Shown in pieces: positions 30,691-36,928 of a DNA stretch of 36,928 bases (within the stretch, counting starts at the first letter, position 1; every line of letters starts with the position of its first letter). The position numbers and the translations under genes are program-made. Source of the DNA: a virus. A model generated the notes under the pieces. That model was given only the letters and a program-made list of their open reading frames with translations. It made no database searches and was not told where the DNA came from. The stretch is taken from IMG/VR virus record IMGVR_UViG_3300026283_000001. One strand, given 5' to 3'.

Positions 30691-31212
30691 TCAGACCGAC
30701 CAGACAACCGTATGCGTTCTCGTGCTCGTTTTCGCGTTCCAATACTCAATCCCGCCAGCGAGCGTCCTGCGGTGAAAAACGCCGAATTTGCCCTCGGTCA
30801 CGTCTTCCTTGGTGGCTTCCAGCTTTATAACGTCCGCCTTGTTGCGCCCGGCGATAAGCTGCGCTCGTCTTGCCGCCTTGTCGCGCTTCAGTCCGAGGTA
30901 TCCAGCGAACGTCCGAAGGTGTCCGCCCTCCATGTTCAGCCGCTCAGCAAGCTCCTTTGTGTCGCATGTCGCATATTCTTTCCGAATGATGTCCTTCTCG
31001 GCTTCAGTAAGAAAGCGCTGAGTCTTTCCCCTTCTCTGAAGCTCGCCGGATTTAACAAGGCGTGATATTTTGTGGTATGTGGTATCAAGCGATACACCAA
31101 TCTCTTGAGCAATTAGCTTGGTGTTTTTCCCTGCATTATATCCCGCAATGACAATGTGCATTTTGTCCGTCCAGTCAATCGCCTGGCGATTTTGTTTTGC
31201 TTTTGGTGTCAC
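30691..31212 (-). CDS. Low-GC DNA-binding protein with two HTH-like segments (173 aa)
   Basis: IDWTDKMHIVIAGYNAGKNTKLIAQEIGVSLDTTYHKISRL resembles by eye a GcrA-type N-terminal motif (WT.E....L.....G.S...IA..LG.......K..RL). The second segment is LTEAEKDIIRKEYATCDTKELAERLN. Confidence 0.6.
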   Translation of the reverse strand: MTPKAKQNRQAIDWTDKMHIVIAGYNAGKNTKLIAQEIGVSLDTTYHKISRLVKSGELQRRGKTQRFLTEAEKDIIRKEYATCDTKELAERLNMEGGHLRTFAGYLGLKRDKAARRAQLIAGRNKADVIKLEATKEDVTEGKFGVFHRRTLAGGIEYWNAKTSTRTHTVVWSV

Positions 31213-31223
31213 TGTCTTCGCTC

Positions 31224-31682
31224 CTAGAACGGGATATCGTCATCCATGTCTTCAAACGATGGTCGCTTCTTTGCCGCAGCCTGGCCGGTGCTGGCCGGTG
31301 CTGGCCTGCTTTCCTGCTTCCTTGGCGCGCTCTCGCCGCCGCTATCCTGCCGGCCGCCAAGCATCTTCATCTCGTTGCCGGTAATTTCTGTCGTGTAGCG
31401 TTCGATGCCGTCTTTGTCGGCCCATTTGCGCGTCGTCAGCTTCCCCTCGACATATACAGACGATCCCTTCTTCAGATATTTGCCGGCAATCTCCGCAAGC
31501 TGGCGGAAGAAAACGACGCGATGCCACTCCGTTGCTTCCTTCTTCTCTCCGGTCGATTTGTCTTTCCACTGCTCCGACGTAGCCACCTTGATGTTGCAAA
31601 CCGCGTCACCGTTTGGCAGGTAGCGCATTTCCGGGTCGGCGCCCATGTTGCCAATGAGTTGGACTTTATTCAAACTTGCCAT
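31224..31682 (-). CDS. ssb: Single-stranded DNA-binding protein
   Basis: [52 protein letters not shown]...[24 protein letters not shown], plus the acidic tail DMDDDIPF. Confidence 0.95.
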   Translation of the reverse strand: MASLNKVQLIGNMGADPEMRYLPNGDAVCNIKVATSEQWKDKSTGEKKEATEWHRVVFFRQLAEIAGKYLKKGSSVYVEGKLTTRKWADKDGIERYTTEITGNEMKMLGGRQDSGGESAPRKQESRPAPASTGQAAAKKRPSFEDMDDDIPF

Positions 31683-31913
31683 GCTGTATTTCCTTCGTTG
31701 TTGGTGTTGGGTGGCCAGTGTTGGATTTTTTTACCAACACAACAGGTTGCGGTCCTATCGCGCTAATTACGCTAACTGGCCTTTGCTTGGTGGGGCGGCC
31801 GGCGCTGATCCCCGGCATGTCAGGTCGACAGGGCTTCTCCTGTTCTCCGTTACGTCGCATGACCACCTGACGCTCATCGCGCGCATCAGCCTGCGCATTC
31901 GCCCCGTTGATCG

Positions 31914-32366
31914 TTACCGGCAGCGCTGCCCTGTTCCGCCACACCTGCTTGCGCACAGGGTTACGACGCGCATGCATGTGTCCACATCAAACTCTCCGAT
32001 ATGGCACTTTTCCGCATTGATACCAAGGCTGTCTGCCAGCCACTTGTATGCGGCATTTCTCGACATGTCGCCTTCTTGCCAGATTGGGTCGAAGCTTTCA
32101 TGCGCCGCGCTTTTTGCTTCGCGAAGTGCTGCATTGGCGAGGCGACCAAGCGGCCCCGTGCCATCGAGCCCCATGCGCTTATTCGGTTTGTGGCATCCGA
32201 CATAGGCGCCGCAAGGTGCGCACTTCCAAAAGTTCAGCGGGTACAGGCTTGGAATGCGCGGGTATATCTCCTTGCCAGAAGCCATCGCTGACTTCTCTCC
32301 GCAATACGGGCACAGCGGCGTTCTAGCAACCACCGCCGCCTTAAACGCATTGGTTATGACGTTCAT
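31914..32366 (-). CDS. Zinc-ribbon protein (DUF3268-like)
   Basis: ORF 31914..32372 from the second ATG. CPYCGEKSAMASGKEIYP....FWKCAPCGAYVGCHK......PLGRLANAALREAKSAAHESFDPIW......RNAAYKWLA matches my recollection of that family. Confidence 0.65.
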   Translation of the reverse strand: MNVITNAFKAAVVARTPLCPYCGEKSAMASGKEIYPRIPSLYPLNFWKCAPCGAYVGCHKPNKRMGLDGTGPLGRLANAALREAKSAAHESFDPIWQEGDMSRNAAYKWLADSLGINAEKCHIGEFDVDTCMRVVTLCASRCGGTGQRCR

Positions 32367-32563
32367 CTGCAATTCCTCCGATGCGCCTTGCGCCGCTTGG
32401 CTTTGAGTGCCTGGCGCTTGGCATGGGCAATGCCGCCGCGCTGGCCGTTGGTGCTGCTCGCTGTGCTGTCAGGAAGGGCCCACTGGCTCGGGTCGATTTG
32501 AGGCCTTGCCGTGATGGCCGAGAACATCATCCGCAACCAGCTTGAAATAAATGCGCCGCTCAT
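32363..32563 (-). CDS. Small basic protein (66 aa)
   Basis: ORF-track entry. ATGA overlap upstream; its stop overlaps the next start by 4 nt (or 10 nt if the downstream gene uses ATG 32372). Confidence 0.45.
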   Translation of the reverse strand: MSGAFISSWLRMMFSAITARPQIDPSQWALPDSTASSTNGQRGGIAHAKRQALKAKRRKAHRRNCR

Positions 32564-33702
32564 GCTGCCTCCTTCGTTTCGTCGTTGACGATCGCGACGA
32601 CCGCCGCGTAAATGTCGGCGAGCATTTGCAAGTCTTCTACCTGCTCGACGTGGAAAATGATCTGCTCGCGCCGGTTCGTGATGTCGCGGCTTCTGGCCGT
32701 TTCCTTCTCGTGCTTCTTGCGCTTCGCCGCTTCAAGCTTGTCGAGCTCAGCGCGCGCCTCGGCGTCTTTTGCCTCCTGCTCGGCGCGCTCCTGGGCTTCG
32801 CGCTCCTTGCTGGCAATTTCCCATATCAGCCTTGCGGCAGCCTCGTCCGCCTCGAACTTGGCGCGCTGCTCTTCCAGCGCTTTGCGCTCTGCCGCCAGCT
32901 TCTCGGCCTCGGCCCGGCGCAGTTCGTCGGCTTTGTCCTGTTCGGCCTTGCGGGCGGCAGCCTCGACGCGCTCACGCTCGGCACGCTCGGCAGCCTCGGC
33001 GTCTGCCTTTGCCTTGGCCGCTGCCGCCTCTTCCTTGCGGACCTGTTCGGCGACGCGGGCGGCCTCTTCTGCAGCAATCTTCGCCAGGATTCGTTCGTTC
33101 TGGGCCTTCGCTGCAGCCTCTTCAGCAGCCCGCTTGGCTTCGACGGTCGCTCGAATCTCGGCAACGGCTGCGGCATGAGCCTCTTTTGCTTCACCGAAAA
33201 ACTCCGCGAACGACGAGTCGATTTCGATGGCCTGCAGTTCGGCGAGGATTTCTCCTGCAACAGATGCCGGAACGTCGAAACGGGCCGCGTCGTTCGCGGC
33301 CGCAATGAACAGCGCGATGCGATGCGAGATTTCCAGTACGCGCAGCCGTTCCGCTTCAGCCTTCGCTGCTTTCTCGGCCTTCTCTTTTTCGTCCCATGAG
33401 TCGCGCAGCTCCTTCAGGCGGGATTCCTCCGGCTGGATGATTGCGACCAAGCGGGCCTCTTCGGCGATGACCGCTTTGCTGAACCTGGTTGCGTCGTCGC
33501 GCGCGGATTTGCCGGCCTGCACGATGCCAGTGCGCGCCTTCTGCGCCGCCATTGCCGCAGAGTGGCACTCTTCCCTTCCTGCCCGGTTGGTAATCGCCGT
33601 GATGCCCTTCGACGACTCGGCGAGGGCCTGAAGTTCGGCCGCCGCCTTGCTGGACTCCAGCGCAACCGCTGCGCGCTGCTGTACTGTCAATTCTGTTCCC
33701 AT
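32560..33702 (-). CDS. Long Ala/Glu/Lys/Arg-rich coiled-coil protein of the recombination module (380 aa)
   Basis: ORF-track entry whose start abuts the exonuclease stop. The central ~200 aa are nearly uninterrupted charged helix (AEEAAAKAQNERILAKIAAEEAARVAEQVRKEEAAAAKAKADAEAAERAERERVEAAARKAEQDK...). Confidence 0.75.
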   Translation of the reverse strand: MGTELTVQQRAAVALESSKAAAELQALAESSKGITAITNRAGREECHSAAMAAQKARTGIVQAGKSARDDATRFSKAVIAEEARLVAIIQPEESRLKELRDSWDEKEKAEKAAKAEAERLRVLEISHRIALFIAAANDAARFDVPASVAGEILAELQAIEIDSSFAEFFGEAKEAHAAAVAEIRATVEAKRAAEEAAAKAQNERILAKIAAEEAARVAEQVRKEEAAAAKAKADAEAAERAERERVEAAARKAEQDKADELRRAEAEKLAAERKALEEQRAKFEADEAAARLIWEIASKEREAQERAEQEAKDAEARAELDKLEAAKRKKHEKETARSRDITNRREQIIFHVEQVEDLQMLADIYAAVVAIVNDETKEAA

Positions 33703-34322
33703 TACGCCACCATCCTTTCAAGTCGTTGTTGTAGTTCGTCCGCCTCGGATTCGGCGGCCAGGACTGCCGATTCAATTGCCGCGATCACCGCTTCGTCACG
33801 CAGGACGGGGATGATCAGCAGCCTGTGAGACGGCGGCATGCGCGGGTCAAAGCTGGCGAAGTACCACTTCTTCCGGCCAGTGACCCACATGCAGCCATGA
33901 ATCTGAATTAGGTACTCGGACGGCACGCCTTCAATGAACCTGGAAAGATGCACAGAAGACGAATACGGGCTTTTCAGCTCCAATCCTTCGTCATCACCGA
34001 TCAACCCATCCGGAGAAGCGCCCGCGAACGAATACTGCGGATGCACCATGAACCCTGCCTGTTGAACGACCTTGCCAGTTTCAAGCTCGAACGCTTCGCG
34101 CGCCGCTGGCTCGACCTCGGTTCCCCACTGCAGCGCGAACCCGCCAGCGCTATCAGCGGGCTGCCCGGTCATGCGCTCGACGACGCAATTCCAGATGGCG
34201 TCGGCGCGAGACTTCAGCGGCTTGCCCGTTTTCTTGTCGGCAGCGATCAACCCTGCGAACCTGCTTGCCGTCCAGCGGCCCGCGCGCTCTGCTTTCCAGG
34301 CTTCTGACCCTTGCTCACTCAT
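33702..34322 (-). CDS. YqaJ / lambda-Exo-type recombination exonuclease
   Basis: GSEAWKAERAGRWTASRF...ALQWGTEVEPAAREAFE...ASPDGLI.....LELKSP is the YqaJ pattern. I prefer the ATG at 34322 (AAGGTGG RBS); GTG 34331 is the alternative. Confidence 0.85.
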   Translation of the reverse strand: MSEQGSEAWKAERAGRWTASRFAGLIAADKKTGKPLKSRADAIWNCVVERMTGQPADSAGGFALQWGTEVEPAAREAFELETGKVVQQAGFMVHPQYSFAGASPDGLIGDDEGLELKSPYSSSVHLSRFIEGVPSEYLIQIHGCMWVTGRKKWYFASFDPRMPPSHRLLIIPVLRDEAVIAAIESAVLAAESEADELQQRLERMVA

Positions 34323-35295
34323 CGTCGCCACCTTCTTGAGCCTCTTCAGCAGCCAGCTTGGCGTCGATCTCGCGCATCGCCCGCGTCGTCTCGGCTGCGA
34401 TCGCCTTCAGGCGCTTGTGCTCGTCTGCTCCGACCGTCAGCCGGCCCTCCTTCCCGAGATCCGCGAACGCGTCGGCATAGGCGACTTCGCCCTCTTCCTC
34501 GGCGATCTTCTGCAGCTTGGCGACCAGGCCGGAGCGCGCGTCGGCGTCAACCTCGGCGTCGGCCTGCTGCTTCGCCGCTTCAGCCGCTTGCTTGCCGGTC
34601 TGGCGCCTGGCCGGCGCCGGCATCGGGTTGATTTCCTTTTCGCCAACATCATCCGCTGACATTTCCTCGTCCGTATAGACGCCAAGGATTGCGCCAGGGG
34701 CGTACCGGCGCGCGAACTTTCGCACGGCCAGGTAGGTGATTTGCTGCTGCGGATCAGTCGCCCACTGCGTCGAGAAGCGCGGCCATGCCTGGGCCAGCAG
34801 CACTTCAATCTCGCGCGGCTCGGACTCCCCCTTGAGGCGCGCTATGCACTTCACGCCAAGCCCTGCTTCGGCGCTTCTGTCCCACGTCGACACGTAGTAT
34901 TTGCCGCCGCTTTTCTCGCTCGTCTTTTCGGCGACCTTCCCGAGAATCTTCGACCAGTCGCCGAAAAACTCGAATTCTGGCTGGCCGACGATTGCGCCGC
35001 AGGACACGATCACAGCGTTGACCAACTGCGCCTCGTACCCGAGCGTGCCGCCTTGCGTCAGGTGCGTCTTTTGCGCAACTGCGAACGGGTTCATCTTCCA
35101 TTGCGCCGCCTGCATGATCACCGCCAAACAGTCGCCTGTAGAGTTCTGCAAGTGCTTGGGAATGGTGACGCGCGCGGAAGCCATGAGCTTGGCGGCCGTC
35201 ATCATGCTTTCCATTGCGCCGTCGTCCATTACCAATGACATGGCGCTTCCGGTGCCATCATGGGCGACGGCGGGTAGGTTTTCGTGCTGGTCCAT
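34315..35295 (-). CDS. recT: RecT-family single-strand annealing protein
   Basis: ORF 34315..35406 from the ATG at 35295 (AAGGAA RBS). CLAVIMQAAQWKMNPFAVAQKTHL..G.LGYEAQLVNAVI fits RecT, and it is adjacent to the YqaJ exonuclease. Confidence 0.85.
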   Translation of the reverse strand: MDQHENLPAVAHDGTGSAMSLVMDDGAMESMMTAAKLMASARVTIPKHLQNSTGDCLAVIMQAAQWKMNPFAVAQKTHLTQGGTLGYEAQLVNAVIVSCGAIVGQPEFEFFGDWSKILGKVAEKTSEKSGGKYYVSTWDRSAEAGLGVKCIARLKGESEPREIEVLLAQAWPRFSTQWATDPQQQITYLAVRKFARRYAPGAILGVYTDEEMSADDVGEKEINPMPAPARRQTGKQAAEAAKQQADAEVDADARSGLVAKLQKIAEEEGEVAYADAFADLGKEGRLTVGADEHKRLKAIAAETTRAMREIDAKLAAEEAQEGGDDE

Positions 35296-35342
35296 CGTTG
35301 ATTCCTTTCTGCCGAGACTCTGCCGGCAATTGGTTGTGGCGC

Positions 35343-35579
35343 TCAGTCGTGGTAATCGAGCGCTTGCTGTATTTCGCCGACCAGAAGGCGCAGGTACGTC
35401 TTGCATCCGGCCTCGTTTTTCGCGGCCATCGCGTCGTTCGCCTTGGCGATCAGGCGATTGACCTCGTGCAGCAGGCCGGCCGTGGTGTATGCGTCGTCGT
35501 CCGGGCCGCCGCGATAATCTGCCGGGTCGCGGACGAACGGCCCGAACGTTGCTGCGTCGCCGAACCCTGGGCTATTCAT
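35343..35579 (-). CDS. Hypothetical protein (78 aa)
   Basis: ORF-track entry. ATGA-coupled to the upstream gene. Confidence 0.6.
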   Translation of the reverse strand: MNSPGFGDAATFGPFVRDPADYRGGPDDDAYTTAGLLHEVNRLIAKANDAMAAKNEAGCKTYLRLLVGEIQQALDYHD

Positions 35580-35842
35580 TGCAGGAACCCTCGCAGAACG
35601 TCGCCAACGGCAAGAAGCAACACAAGGATGACGCTGACGAAAAACACCTTCTCGCCAAGATGCGTATCGTCGCGAGGCGCAGCGAGTTCGCGCAGTTCGT
35701 CGGGCGTCAGCTCACACGCCTCGATTGTGTCTGCGGCGATTGACGCCCAATAGGCAGCGGCGCGCATGTCGCCGTCGTCGAGCGTAGAAAGCGCGCGGTT
35801 TAGCGCTTCGAGAGCGCCTTCTTGGTTGGTCGCGGCGCTCAT
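35576..35842 (-). CDS. Hypothetical protein with a C-terminal TM helix (88 aa)
   Basis: ORF 35576..35851 from the ATG at 35842 (ATGA overlap). C-terminus VFFVSVILVLLLAVGDVL. Confidence 0.55.
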   Translation of the reverse strand: MSAATNQEGALEALNRALSTLDDGDMRAAAYWASIAADTIEACELTPDELRELAAPRDDTHLGEKVFFVSVILVLLLAVGDVLRGFLQ

Positions 35843-36273
35843 GCTGCCCACCCGATGCGGTCTGCGCGCGCCTGCTCGGCGTTTTCGCGAAGTTGGCTTA
35901 TCAGGCTAGAGCGAAGCTCTGCAATCTGCCGGTCGCGTTCGCGAAGTTGGCTTACAAGCGAATCGTTCGCGACACACGCTTGCGCCAAGCCATCGTCTAG
36001 ACGCTTGATTGTTGCCTGCGCCTCGCAAAGCAACTCGCGCATAGCATCTTCGCGGGTGATCCCTTCGGAGATGGTGGCGAGCAACGAAAGTTTGCTGTCT
36101 CGCTCTTCTTCCAGCAGGCGGCGAAGCTCGTCGATCTGGACTCTCCGCGTGTCGCTGATGTCCATCTGCTCGCGCCACTGTCGGCGCAGTGCTTCAACTC
36201 GTGCGTTCAACAATGAGACGTGCGCAGCGGACTCTGCTGCTCGGGCCTCGGCGCACAGGCATTTCGTTTTCAT
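35839..36273 (-). CDS. Coiled-coil protein (144 aa)
   Basis: ORF-track entry with RBS CAGGAGGG. Internal duplication SLVSQLRERD / SLISQLRENA, mirrored by a 15-bp DNA repeat cgcgaagttggctta. Confidence 0.7.
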   Translation of the reverse strand: MKTKCLCAEARAAESAAHVSLLNARVEALRRQWREQMDISDTRRVQIDELRRLLEEERDSKLSLLATISEGITREDAMRELLCEAQATIKRLDDGLAQACVANDSLVSQLRERDRQIAELRSSLISQLRENAEQARADRIGWAA

Positions 36274-36497
36274 TGTTTTGCCCTCCTGTCGGTTATTAGG
36301 TGCCGTCTCTCCGGCGGTCGCGGTTCTTTCGTCTGGTGCCGCTACGCCAGCCGGTCGGCGCTGGTCCCGTTGCTGCTGTAAAGCCCTCGTCGGCAGCGTC
36401 GCGTCATGCTCTCGGCGCTTTAGACCGGTCTGGAAGGGAGAACGTGATATCCAGCCGGGTCCGGTTTTTTGGGGTCTTCACCGCCGAGGGTTGATGC

Positions 36498-36928
36498 TCA
36501 TTGCGCTATGTGCGCGCACAACCTCATCATCTCAGGTTTATTTTCTTTCCAAAACGCCAGCGCTCTTTGTTCCATTTCCGAGATTTCTGAGTCGCTGAAT
36601 TCAACCCATTCGACATGCGAGAAGGACTTGCAGCCAATCGTCATTCGCTCTTTGTCTATGGACACATCCCACGGCTTTTTATGCATGTAGAGCGATCCGC
36701 CGATGCTTGTCGGAAGCGTGATGCCGGTGAGGTCGCACCCGCTCAGGTTGAGCGATCCGCCGATGCTTGTCGGCAGCGTGATGCCGGTGAGGTCGCACCC
36801 GCTCAGGTCGAGCGATCCGCCGATGCTTGTCGGCAGCGTGATGCCGGTGAGGTCGCACCCGCTCAGGTCGAGCGATCCGCCGATGCTTGTCGGCAGCGTG
36901 ATGCCGGTGAGGTCGCACCCGCTCAGGT
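36498..36928 (-). CDS. 3' part of the repeat-solenoid protein gene (last repeats plus a unique 62-aa C-terminus)
   Basis: The frame of listed ORF 36498..36686 stays open upstream through the repeats (...TSIGGSLYMHKKPWDVSIDKER...). Once the 127-nt end overlap is applied it is in phase with 1..1016 (position 5 = 36926). Confidence 0.8.
   Translation of the reverse strand, partial: LSGCDLTGITLPTSIGGSLDLSGCDLTGITLPTSIGGSLDLSGCDLTGITLPTSIGGSLNLSGCDLTGITLPTSIGGSLYMHKKPWDVSIDKERMTIGCKSFSHVEWVEFSDSEISEMEQRALAFWKENKPEMMRLCAHIAQ
36687..36928. repeat. Continuation of the 60-bp tandem array (4 copies)
   Basis: Same unit as 1..980, in the same phase. 36802-36928 is identical to 1-127. Confidence 0.98.

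Noticed and set aside
30111-31065. + strand ORFs 30111..30830 and 30421..31065
   Set aside because: They are antisense to four coupled minus-strand genes, with Pro/Arg/Ser-rich translations.
31666-31977. 103-aa minus-strand ORF spanning the ssb-upstream gap
   Set aside because: It overlaps the ssb start and the end of the zinc-ribbon gene, has no RBS, and its composition is not protein-like. I left the interval as non-coding, though a short internal ORF (31666..31860) cannot be excluded.
32551-33399. 282-aa + strand ORF (and several others) antisense to the coiled-coil gene
   Set aside because: The GCN/GAR-rich repeats of the Ala/Glu coiled coil keep several frames open. The minus-strand gene has the start/stop coupling with its neighbours.
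35822-36598. 258-aa + strand ORF across the leftward early genes and spacer
   Set aside because: It is antisense to two well-formed minus-strand genes, has a Ser/Arg-rich translation and lacks an RBS.
36679-36918. ORF-track entry 36679..36918 (-) with RPHRHHAADKHRRIA repeats
   Set aside because: It is in the wrong frame of the repeat array. The frame giving GCDLTGITLPTSIGGSL is the one that is continuous with the ATG at 1016 and with the C-terminal ORF 36498..36686.
1-36928. tRNA, rRNA or tmRNA genes, an intact integrase/attP, and transposase/IS elements
   Set aside because: Scanning the intergenic regions by eye, I saw no cloverleaf-like sequences and no transposase or full integrase ORF. 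This is a weak negative, since no tRNA-scanning tool could be run.

Overview
This 36,928-nt window appears to be a complete, circularly closed phage genome. The last 127 nt are identical to the first 127 nt, leaving about 36.8 kb of unique sequence. It looks like a mosaic lambdoid / P22-like podophage from a GC-rich, probably beta-proteobacterial host.

Rightward (+) genes start at a divergent early promoter region (1017-1252). They are, in order:
- a cro/YdaS-like gene followed by a strong terminator
- small Zn-ribbon, coiled-coil and membrane ORFs
- an SNF2-type helicase, a beta-class (SPPF) DNA methyltransferase and a PD-(D/E)xK nuclease
- a lambda O-like initiator carrying six palindromic iterons (candidate ori) and a lambda P-like loader
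- small ORFs, an H-NS-like protein and a Q-like antiterminator

An inverted 3-gene cassette (unknown protein, RHH protein, low-GC HNH endonuclease) separates Q from a late promoter with a promoter-proximal terminator. The late genes that follow are:
- terS, terL and a mini-GNAT
- P22-like portal, scaffold and coat
- a low-GC CBM+NodB-like protein
- a gp4-like adaptor and a split/duplicated gp10-like hub carrying a ~70-aa domain repeated three times
- three ejection-type proteins and three small membrane or secreted proteins; I recognised no endolysin

The leftward (-) early operon contains:
- a RecT / YqaJ-exonuclease module, a long coiled-coil protein, SSB and zinc-ribbon proteins
- three tandem Lar-like restriction-alleviation paralogues, one fused to the C-terminal remnant of a tyrosine integrase
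- low-GC morons separated by a repeated ~64-bp intergenic element

The most unusual feature is the first leftward gene. It spans the contig junction and consists almost entirely of ~18 near-identical 60-bp (20-aa) LRR/beta-helix-like repeats. It sits where lambdoid phages keep their repressor, and I found no cI-type repressor or intact integrase.

All calls come from reading the sequence and ORF track by eye. No searches were run, G+C statements are visual impressions, and many start codons are provisional.
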